Shown here in pieces: positions 47,467 to 54,479 of a DNA stretch of 57,949 bases. This DNA comes from a virus (Duplodnaviria > Caudoviricetes). The position numbers and the translations under genes were made by a program. Where the stretch lies: positions 1 through 57,949 of IMG/VR virus record IMGVR_UViG_3300010158_000078, one strand, 5' to 3'. Each line of letters starts with the position of its first letter. The stretch's first letter is position 1. Under the pieces are notes generated by a model that saw only the letters and a program-made list of their open reading frames with translations, was not told where the DNA came from and did no database searches.

Positions 47467-47519
47467 AGTGTTTCGTCGTTCTGCGACTCATCAGCATGAG
47501 TAACACACTCATGGACACT
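47467..47519 (-). ncRNA. type III hammerhead ribozyme
   Basis: AGTGTC^CATGAGT-GTGTT-ACTCATG CTGATGA GTCG-CAGAA-CGAC GAAACACT: intact CUGAUGA and GAAA core, GUC cleavage triplet, three paired stems. Confidence 0.92.
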
Positions 47520-47522
47520 GTC

Positions 47523-47630
47523 GTTAACAAAAGAATTGTAAGCACGTCACAATCGTTCTGTTAACCTGAGCCAAGCCTTCCGACCTGAAACCCGCAAACT
47601 AATGTTTTTAAACACGTCTGCCTGACTATG
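47523..47630 (-). ncRNA. candidate structured RNA between early promoter P2 and the hammerhead
   Basis: Hairpins GCAGAC…GTTTGC, CAGGTC-GGAA-GGCTTG and GTTAACAGAA…TTTTGTTAAC. Confidence 0.45.
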
Positions 47631-47643
47631 TATTTTGATGAAG

Positions 47644-47698
47644 CAAATGTATGTTGCTTTTTTCAATCTACCAAAACTTTAACAAAACTTTAACATTT
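47644..47698 (-). promoter_or_regulatory. early promoter P2
   Basis: TTTG (47672-47675), 20-nt spacer, TACATTTG (47644-47651); upstream 21-nt element identical to that of P1. Confidence 0.85.
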
Positions 47699-47706
47699 GC
47701 TAAAGA

Positions 47707-47858
47707 AAATACTAGTTGTCAATTTTAATCTTCCATAAGTTATTGTTATCATTAACGCCCTCTTCCTTTATGTGACCTTATCCGTTTCCGAGTGGGTTTC
47801 TTTAATGTTTCCAAACCTAACCTGTTTGATTTATTCTACAACTAGTATTTCAAAGAAC
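47707..47858 (-). ncRNA. candidate structured RNA with boxA-like site between P1 and P2
   Basis: Perfect 13-bp closing stem AAATACTAGTTGT/ACAACTAGTATTT, internal hairpins, GTTCTTTGA at the 5' side. Confidence 0.5.
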
Positions 47859-47878
47859 GTTGTCTCATTTTGACAGTA

Positions 47879-47933
47879 CAAACATACGACGGCTATTTGA
47901 CCTGTGCAAATTTTTAACAAAACTTTAACATTT
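47879..47933 (-). promoter_or_regulatory. early promoter P1
   Basis: TTTG (47907-47910), 20-nt spacer, TATGTTTG (47879-47886); upstream AAATGTTAAAGTTTTGTTAAA element. Confidence 0.85.
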
Positions 47934-48089
47934 CACTGGACTTAGCAGTTACTACCTTATTGACTTTGTAATAATATATGCTTACTCCTATATATAAAGA
48001 AGTTAAACGATTGTTTAATATTCGGGAAGATTATAAGGTTATAAGAATGTTGGGGAGTGTTATCCCCCGTCACAGCCCTTGAATACTCC

Positions 48090-48410
48090 TAAAACGCATT
48101 TTAAAGCCATTTCCACCACGATTATATTCTAAGACGATATAATATATCACCTCCTTCGAGTTCGTTGCTTAAACGCAAAACGCCAGTAAACATAAGGCTT
48201 TGCTTCTGCGATAAATCTATTGCTTGATAGGTTTTGTCTATCATTGTTTGTGTCTATAGTTGTCGAATATACTATATACCTATAAAACGCATTTTAAAGC
48301 GATTTAAGACACTTTTATGTCTCTGTCGTACTTAGATACCAATCCTTAGAGTTTGTTGAAAATCCAGTGGGGATAGGCTCTCGCGAGGTTTTTTACTAAC
48401 GATTGTTAGT
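48090..48410. repeat. diverged ~190-bp tandem units
   Basis: TAAAACGCATTTTAAAGC identical at 48090-48107 and 48283-48300; each followed by TCCTT(C/A)GAGTT(C/T)GTTG and CCAGT…GGCT blocks. Confidence 0.65.
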
Positions 48411-48432
48411 TTATGCCAATTTAGTATGCGTG

Positions 48433-48695
48433 CATAGTATTATACTGTCTGTTATATTATACCAATTACTTTGTTATACATAGTACTGACGGCTCGGTCA
48501 GTCACTCAAGGTTTATACCAACTACCTTGCATCGCATAGTACCGCACATCGCAATACTAACTAACGTTTGTTAGTCTCTCTCTCGCCATAGCATAGTACA
48601 TTGCATAGCATAGTAGTGGGCACGGCCAAGCCATAGCACCAAGCCATAGCCATAGCACACGCGTTCACACAGACACCGACCTAGCCACGCCATAG
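48433..48695 (+). repeat. strand-polarised CATAG repeat array (possible packaging/terminus region)
   Basis: 11 CATAG copies, all on one strand, in about 260 non-coding bp. Confidence 0.7.
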
Positions 48696-48838
48696 CTAGG
48701 CTCCCGAAAAGCCAAAAAAACTAGAGGAAATGAACGATTTTGTACCCCCCGTAGCTGATTTGAAGTCGTTTTCTTTTGGAGCCCCGTCTCGCAGAATCGC
48801 CCTATAACCCCAACACTCTACATATCTAATATATTTAT

Positions 48839-48846
48839 TACCTTTG
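48839..48846 (+). promoter_or_regulatory. -7 promoter box (TACCTTTG)
   Basis: First + strand promoter to the right of the control region. Confidence 0.6.
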
Positions 48847-48865
48847 CAGAAAATAAAATATAGCT

Positions 48866-49039
48866 ATGGAAAAGAAAAAAGATTTGAATGGGTTAAAAGT
48901 TAAGGATGGAAGACTGTTAAATTATCAACCTGATGGTGAGAATTTGATCAAGAAAATCTCTAGAATGAAAAAAGAAATTCATATCAACGAGAAGGTAAAC
49001 ACCATTTTAAGAGCAGAGCAAATTAAGAAAATGTTCTAA
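48866..49039 (+). CDS. small basic hypothetical protein (57 aa, not in ORF track)
   Basis: MEKKKDLNGLKVKDGRLLNYQPDG…, directly behind a promoter. Confidence 0.6.
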   Translation: MEKKKDLNGLKVKDGRLLNYQPDGENLIKKISRMKKEIHINEKVNTILRAEQIKKMF

Positions 49040-49050
49040 AACGCGTTTTT

Positions 49051-49240
49051 ACGACGATTATCGTCGCAGCGGTGTCGATTTTAAAAAAGTTTGTCATGGA
49101 CTTTTCTGAGGATTGATAGGGGCTAACAAGGTTTAGTGTCGCTGCGACGTTTTTTTTCCTATTTTTACATAAAAAAAAATATATAAAATAATAAATATAT
49201 ATATAGTAGAATATGGGACTTTTTTTCGTCATAACGACAC
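49051..49240. repeat. ~190-bp origin-like element, right copy (inverted)
   Basis: Reverse complement aligns with 46440-46630. Confidence 0.8.
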
Positions 49241-49254
49241 TAACTAAAAAAGAT

Positions 49255-49386
49255 ATGGAAATAGAATTAGAGATGTCACCTCAGTATTGTATGTTTGGAT
49301 TTAACTTTTTTAATAGAGATAAGATGTTTGATTATAATGAAATCAATATCTACTTCTTTATCTTTAAACTTCACATAGCTTGGTAG
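49255..49386 (+). CDS. small hypothetical protein (43 aa)
   Basis: MEIELEMSPQYCMFGFNFF…HIAW. Confidence 0.4.
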   Translation: MEIELEMSPQYCMFGFNFFNRDKMFDYNEINIYFFIFKLHIAW

Positions 49387-49459
49387 CTGTTATTGTTATT
49401 ATTGTTTTGGCATTCATACCAATTATTGAGGAGTTCAAAAAAAAATAAAACATTGGTAA

Positions 49460-49475
49460 AAATGTATTACATTTG
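49460..49475 (+). promoter_or_regulatory. groEL -7 box overlapped by a 7-1-7 palindrome
   Basis: AAATGTA-T-TACATTT palindrome overlapping TACATTTG. Confidence 0.5.
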
Positions 49476-49499
49476 CCAATAATAAATTAATCAAATCAA

Positions 49500-51104
49500 A
49501 TGGAAAACTACATGTACTCCCCTAAGGAGTTAGTCTTCGACCAAGAAGGTCGTGAGCTATTAATAAATGGTATCACTACCATTGCAAAGGCTGTTAAGAG
49601 CACGTTGGGACCAAGAGGAAACACTGTTCTTATAGAGTCAAGGAACCACACACATGGAATCACGGTTACTAAGGATGGTGTAACGGTTGCTAAGAGCATT
49701 GACCTAGTCAACCCAGTTGAGAACCTAGCGGTTAAGATGATGAAGGAGGCTGCTGATCGTACAGCATCGAGTGCTGGAGATGGTACGACCACTGCTATTG
49801 TCTTGACAGAGGCTATTGTTAGGATCGGTATGGAGCTTCTAACAGAGAGACATAACGTTACTGAGGTTATTCGATATATGAACCTTGTAACTGATGAGGT
49901 GCTTGCTGACCTTAAGAGAATGAGTCGTAAGGTAAAAGGAAACACCTTGAGAGATGTTGCTGCTATATCTGCTAATAACGACAAAGAGCTTGGAAGGATT
50001 ATCGCTGACGCGTACCAGAAGGTCGGAAGGGATGGTATTGTTACGATAGAGAACTCACAAACTGCTGACACATACTCTGAGGTGACCAACGGGATAAAGA
50101 TAGCTAGAGGATACACGAGCAAGCTGTTCGTTAATGACTTTAAGAAGGACGAGTGCATCATGGATGATGTGTATGTCTTGGTCACAGACCAGGAGATAAG
50201 CAACATACTATCGATTGAGAATATTTTGAAGCCTATCATTAATGATAATAAGAAGCTTTTGATCATTGGGCCATGCACGAGCAATGTGGTTAACACGCTT
50301 GCAGCGAATGTGGCACAGAACAATCTTAAGCTTTGTAACATCATGCCACCACAGTTTGGGTACAAGCAACAGGAGCTTATGGCTGATATTGCATTGGCTG
50401 TTGGGGCGAAGTACTTCAGCGAGCAGACTGGAGATGACTTGAGTCTAATCAAGATGGAGCACCTTGGTAAGGCGGATAGGATCATTGTGGATAGAGATAA
50501 GACCGTTATAGTTAGATCAGAGATTGCAAACGACGAAATTAAGGAGCGAGTTGAGCAGCTGTGGGTGCAACATAACCTTTCCAAGAGAAAGTCCGAGAGA
50601 GAGGCTGTAAAGGAGCGTATCGCGTCCTTAACTGGTGGTGTTGGTGTTATATATGTTGGTGGTAACTCAGACATTGAGCAGAAGGAGAGATACGATAGAG
50701 TTGATGATGCTGTGTGTGCTGTAAGATCTGCACTAGAGGAGGGCATTCTGCCAGGTGGTGGTTTGGCTCTGTTCAATATCGCAGATAAGATAAGTGCACA
50801 AACAGACGAGACGTTTGATATGCTTAGTAACAATGAGTATGTTGCACGCCAGATAATGTCAAGAGCTATTGAGACTCCATTATTGCAGATCATAACTAAT
50901 GCTGGTAAGGATGGATTCGAGATAATGGCATTGGCTGAGGGTGGTAACCATGGTTATGACGTTAAGCACGAGGTGTATGGTGACATGTTCAAGATGGGGA
51001 TCATTGATCCGCTTAAGGTTACCAATAACGCGTTAAAGAACGCGGTGAGTGTTGCCACAACTATTTTAAGTACAAACGCAATTATAACAATAGCAAGAGC
51101 ATAA
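49500..51104 (+). CDS. groEL: chaperonin GroEL (phage-encoded)
   Basis: TLGPRG, VTKDGVTVAK, AGDGTTT, EEGILPGGG and GIIDPLKV motifs; no GGM tail. Confidence 0.97.
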   Translation: MENYMYSPKELVFDQEGRELLINGITTIAKAVKSTLGPRGNTVLIESRNHTHGITVTKDGVTVAKSIDLVNPVENLAVKMMKEAADRTASSAGDGTTTAIVLTEAIVRIGMELLTERHNVTEVIRYMNLVTDEVLADLKRMSRKVKGNTLRDVAAISANNDKELGRIIADAYQKVGRDGIVTIENSQTADTYSEVTNGIKIARGYTSKLFVNDFKKDECIMDDVYVLVTDQEISNILSIENILKPIINDNKKLLIIGPCTSNVVNTLAANVAQNNLKLCNIMPPQFGYKQQELMADIALAVGAKYFSEQTGDDLSLIKMEHLGKADRIIVDRDKTVIVRSEIANDEIKERVEQLWVQHNLSKRKSEREAVKERIASLTGGVGVIYVGGNSDIEQKERYDRVDDAVCAVRSALEEGILPGGGLALFNIADKISAQTDETFDMLSNNEYVARQIMSRAIETPLLQIITNAGKDGFEIMALAEGGNHGYDVKHEVYGDMFKMGIIDPLKVTNNALKNAVSVATTILSTNAIITIARA

Positions 51105-51286
51105 TGGGAAAAATAAATGTAATAGAAGTAGACATAAATAAAGTTATAATAGAAAAGGCTAGAAATGGCTATCAAGTATATTTAAGAGAATGGAATTATA
51201 ATGGTCAAGCAACTCCAATTCCTTATGTTTTTGAAACCATGGGGGGTTTATTAGATTTTGTTAAAGAACAATTTGAAAACAATTAG
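51104..51286 (+). CDS. hypothetical protein between groEL and groES
   Basis: 60 aa, TAATG-coupled to groEL. Confidence 0.55.
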   Translation: MGKINVIEVDINKVIIEKARNGYQVYLREWNYNGQATPIPYVFETMGGLLDFVKEQFENN

Positions 51287-51288
51287 AT

Positions 51289-51546
51289 ATGAAACCAATC
51301 GCAAAATATATTCTAGTAGATCCGATAGAGGAGCAACTGAAGACAGCATCTGGATTGATGCTGTCAGGTACAGACGCAGATGATATGCGTTATAAGAAAG
51401 CAACCGTTATAAAGGTTGGAACAGATGTATCTGTTATAAATGATGGGGACGTTATATACTATGACAAAAGGTCTGGATATAGTGTTTTAATAGAGGACAG
51501 ACTCGTCACGATCATTCTTGAACGTGACGTTGTCGTTGTCTTATAG
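51289..51546 (+). CDS. groES: co-chaperonin GroES
   Basis: MKPIAKYILV…KTASGLML…ATVIKVG…GDVIYY…ERDVV. Confidence 0.9.
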   Translation: MKPIAKYILVDPIEEQLKTASGLMLSGTDADDMRYKKATVIKVGTDVSVINDGDVIYYDKRSGYSVLIEDRLVTIILERDVVVVL

Positions 51547-51997
51547 CATCATTCATTTTAATAATCATGCCTCTATACGATTTATACTGTGTAGAGGTAT
51601 TTTTTTTGAATATAGGGTTCTTGTTAGGGTTCTCTGATATTACATCATCTCCGCTAAGCTTCTTGTAGAACGCGTTCATTATACGTTTTGCCTTGAATGA
51701 TAGTGTGTAAAGATCTGACTCGGTTCTGGCATGACGTTCTCTCCATTTTATAACCCATCCATCTGTTACAAGTCCATTGAATCTCTCTATGTTCCATCCC
51801 ATTATTTTCTGATAATCGTCAAAGTCTCGTCTAGTGAATAGGTTCTCTCCGTAAAGGAATAGTAGCATCTCAAGCTCTGCGTATTTTATACCGTAGGTTT
51901 CACGAACCCAGAACCGAACAACTCTGAAATATTTCAGCCAGTCATGTTCAGGTGTTCTACGATAGTAGGTTTTAGTTATAATCTTCTTGATTTTCAT
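51512..51997 (-). CDS. putative winged-helix protein
   Basis: 161 aa; ELEMLLFLY…LVTDGWVIKWR…LYTLSFKA is MarR/wHTH-like. Confidence 0.5.
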   Translation of the reverse strand: MKIKKIITKTYYRRTPEHDWLKYFRVVRFWVRETYGIKYAELEMLLFLYGENLFTRRDFDDYQKIMGWNIERFNGLVTDGWVIKWRERHARTESDLYTLSFKAKRIMNAFYKKLSGDDVISENPNKNPIFKKNTSTQYKSYRGMIIKMNDAIRQRQRHVQE

Positions 51998-52010
51998 ATA
52001 AATTTAATTA

Positions 52011-52028
52011 TTATCTTTGCAAAGATAA
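52011..52028. promoter_or_regulatory. palindromic bidirectional -7 promoter
   Basis: TTATCTTTG|CAAAGATAA gives TATCTTTG on both strands, between divergent genes. Confidence 0.7.
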
Positions 52029-52044
52029 ATAAAAGAAAACTAAG

Positions 52045-52962
52045 ATGACAAAAATAAGTGTTTACCCTTCGATATCTTCTCCACAAGGTGATGATATATT
52101 GATTGGAACTGATATACACCATTCAGATGCTACTAAGAATTTCATGATACAAGACATGTTCGCTATTGGTCTTGAGACAAGTGTTACTAAGCTTAAGATT
52201 TACGATCCTACACTGTACGGATATGGAGAGATGACTCTTGATAATAATAGACTTGAGATAAGAGGAGCTGCTTCGCCTAATCAAAAAGTACTTATAGCAT
52301 CGAGTGCTACTGGATACATGTCATTTAAGAAAGATAATTTTGATGTTACGTTAGATGCGACAGCTAACACGGATAGCAGGACATATATTTTTCCTGACAC
52401 TAATGGTCATATTGCATTAGTAGAAACTACTACATTACAACAAGTATTGGATAATGGTCACGATTTAGTTGATGGAAATAACTTTCAAGGGACAGGTGCT
52501 GGAGAGGGTAGCACTGGTACAAATGTTAATGCTTTTGGAAATAATGCAGGAATAAACAACACTGGAAGTAGTGTTAATGCATTTGGATTACAGTCTGCTT
52601 CTTACAATACTGGCGAAAGTGTAAATGCTTTAGGATCAAAATCTGTTCAAAGTAACACTGGGTATAATATAAATGCTTTTGGAACAGAAACAGCAAAAAA
52701 CAATACAGGGAATAACATTAATGCATTTGGGGTATTTTCGGCTCAAGGTAACGCGGGAGATAATATTAATGCTTTTGGAAACAGTGCAGGTTCTGGGAAT
52801 GGAATATCAGGAGCAACAATATTTTCAAATGATACAATGCCTTCATATTTAGATTATGCTACTGCTTCTACTGCTATAACCATAGCTAACGGAGGTTCTA
52901 CAAATTGCACATACTTATACCACGATCAAACAACAAACTCAATAGGGGCTGTAAGGCTATAA
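52045..52962 (+). CDS. tail fibre/spike-like protein with 16-aa NTGxxVNAFG repeats
   Basis: MTKIS…IGTD…ATKNF N-terminus shared with the 55637 protein; TLQQVLDNG motif; six beta-roll-type repeats. Confidence 0.65.
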   Translation: MTKISVYPSISSPQGDDILIGTDIHHSDATKNFMIQDMFAIGLETSVTKLKIYDPTLYGYGEMTLDNNRLEIRGAASPNQKVLIASSATGYMSFKKDNFDVTLDATANTDSRTYIFPDTNGHIALVETTTLQQVLDNGHDLVDGNNFQGTGAGEGSTGTNVNAFGNNAGINNTGSSVNAFGLQSASYNTGESVNALGSKSVQSNTGYNINAFGTETAKNNTGNNINAFGVFSAQGNAGDNINAFGNSAGSGNGISGATIFSNDTMPSYLDYATASTAITIANGGSTNCTYLYHDQTTNSIGAVRL

Positions 52963-52964
52963 TT

Positions 52965-53141
52965 ATGTTAAAAAAAGGAAGTTCCAAGAAGGTTATATCT
53001 GAGAATATTAAGACAGAGATTAAGTCTGGCAAGCCTCAGAAGCAAGCAATTGCAATCGCACTTTCTAACGCTAAGAAGTACGAAGGAAAGTCATCCATGA
53101 ATGGTAAAATGTCTTACCTTAAAGGAAACGTAAAGAAATGA
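52965..53141 (+). CDS. small basic protein
   Basis: LKKGSSKKVISENIKTE…GKPQKQAIAIALS, a widespread phage family pattern. Confidence 0.65.
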   Translation: MLKKGSSKKVISENIKTEIKSGKPQKQAIAIALSNAKKYEGKSSMNGKMSYLKGNVKK

Positions 53142-53315
53142 AGACAGCTGCTTGGACAAGAAAAGAAGGTAAGGATGCTAAGGGTGGATTAAATGCAAAG
53201 GGAGTTGCTAGTTATAAAGATGAACACCCTGGTAATAAGATTAAACCATTATACAAATTTACAGCCATTATGGGCTTTAGATAATTTGAGTAAAGGTTTA
53301 AAAATATTAAATTAA
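53138..53315 (+). pseudogene. probably truncated AWTRKEGK-family gene fused to an HNH C-terminal remnant
   Basis: MKTAAWTRKEGKDAKGGLNAKGVASY… stops after 48 aa; overlapping frame 53238-53315 reads RLNHYTNLQPLWALDNLSKG. Confidence 0.65.
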
Positions 53316-53333
53316 ACATAAAACTAAAACAAA

Positions 53334-53501
53334 ATGAAAGAAAAAAAAGGAATGGGGTTCAAGGCTGCTGCTGTAGCTATCTCAAAGAAACAAGGAGTAC
53401 CAATGAAGAACGCGTCAGCTATATTAGCTGCTGGAGCAAGATCTGCATCACCTGCTGCAAAGAAAGCTAATCCTAACCTTAAAAAAGTAGTAAAGAAATA
53501 A
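53334..53501 (+). CDS. small basic Ala/Lys-rich protein (55 aa)
   Basis: GFKAAAVAISKKQGV…ASPAAKKANPNLKKV. Confidence 0.6.
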   Translation: MKEKKGMGFKAAAVAISKKQGVPMKNASAILAAGARSASPAAKKANPNLKKVVKK

Positions 53502-53680
53502 TGAAAAACTTTATGACCGTAATGTCTGGTGGTGGTTTAAAAACTAAATCAACCATAATGAACAAACACCTATCTATGGAGACTAAGACTGGTAAAGAAT
53601 CATCTGAGAGCCCTAAAGAGATGGCTAAAGAAAGAGCTGTATCTAACGTTAAAATGTTGATTGCTAAAAAAAGAAAATAA
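53501..53680 (+). CDS. small basic protein (59 aa)
   Basis: TAATG-coupled on both sides. Confidence 0.5.
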   Translation: MKNFMTVMSGGGLKTKSTIMNKHLSMETKTGKESSESPKEMAKERAVSNVKMLIAKKRK

Positions 53681-53835
53681 TGAAACTAGGAGATAGAATT
53701 GAGAGCGTAACTAAGGCTACAGGAATTAAAGCTGCTGTTGATTATGTTGCTAAAAAAACAGGAAAAGACTGTGGATGTTCTAAAAGAAAAGAAGCTTTGA
53801 ATAATCCAAATTTATTAATAAACAAAATATTATAA
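53680..53835 (+). CDS. small conserved protein with DCGC motif (51 aa)
   Basis: LGDRIESVTKATGIK…DCGCSKRKEALN. Confidence 0.6.
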   Translation: MKLGDRIESVTKATGIKAAVDYVAKKTGKDCGCSKRKEALNNPNLLINKIL

Positions 53836-53839
53836 AAAC

Positions 53840-54316
53840 ATGCAATATTTAAAAACGCATTACGGTAGAGCCACTCCAATTATTCAAAGCGATACTGTTA
53901 ATATGCCAAACCCTGCTAATGCAGGTCTATCAGGAGTGTCAAGTGCATCAGCTGCAAACCTATTAGTAGATAACAACAATGTATTTACTACCAACTTAAT
54001 TGGAAACACGATTATATGTGATAATACTTTAGCTACTGTGACTGGTTTTATAGATCAACATACATTAGTCTTGTCTTCTGATTTGACATCCGCAGGAGGT
54101 TTTCCATATACATTATACGTGCCAACACCTAACGAAGGGTTTTCTATTTATATTCCAGGTAATCAATTTGGTAATTTACAAATATTAACTGTTGGCGGAG
54201 ACATTGTTACGTTTTCTGCTGCTGGAGATCAAAATGCTAGCATGATACTTCCAGTTCAAGCATTAAGAGTTCTTGAGTCAGAAACTGCAATATCATATTT
54301 AATTGCTCTTTGGTAA
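53840..54316 (+). CDS. putative structural protein
   Basis: 158 aa, beta-rich, ends ILPVQALRV…IALW. Confidence 0.55.
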   Translation: MQYLKTHYGRATPIIQSDTVNMPNPANAGLSGVSSASAANLLVDNNNVFTTNLIGNTIICDNTLATVTGFIDQHTLVLSSDLTSAGGFPYTLYVPTPNEGFSIYIPGNQFGNLQILTVGGDIVTFSAAGDQNASMILPVQALRVLESETAISYLIALW

Positions 54317-54317
54317 T

Positions 54318-54479
54318 ATGACACATAACGATTTGAGATTATATTTATTAAACTCTTCAGCTTTTTTCTTATCACTTTCATCACAAGGTGAAACATTTTT
54401 AAGATTTGTACTTTTAATAGTATCGATAATATATACTGTTTGGAAACTAATAGATAGAAAAAACGGTAAGGATGATTAA
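54318..54479 (+). CDS. small membrane protein, holin candidate (53 aa, not in ORF track)
   Basis: Hydrophobic FLRFVLLIVSIIYTVW segment and charged tail; upstream of the endolysin. Confidence 0.55.
   Translation: MTHNDLRLYLLNSSAFFLSLSSQGETFLRFVLLIVSIIYTVWKLIDRKNGKDD

Noticed and set aside
47570-47590. SRP RNA-like CAGGTCGGAAGG
   Set aside because: Lacks the GGAAGCAG internal-loop half of SRP domain IV; treated as a GNRA hairpin.
47715-47842. GTTGT…ACAAC ends reminiscent of Bacteroidota CRISPR repeats
   Set aside because: Ends are about 125 nt apart and single copy; no repeat-spacer array or cas gene was seen in the window.
49023-49232. 69-aa ORF resembling the reading frame across 46286-46516
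   Set aside because: The similarity arises from the non-coding inverted repeat; the frame is low complexity.
49508-50893. 461-aa ORF antisense to groEL
   Set aside because: In-register antisense shadow of a codon-biased gene; no recognisable motifs or promoter.
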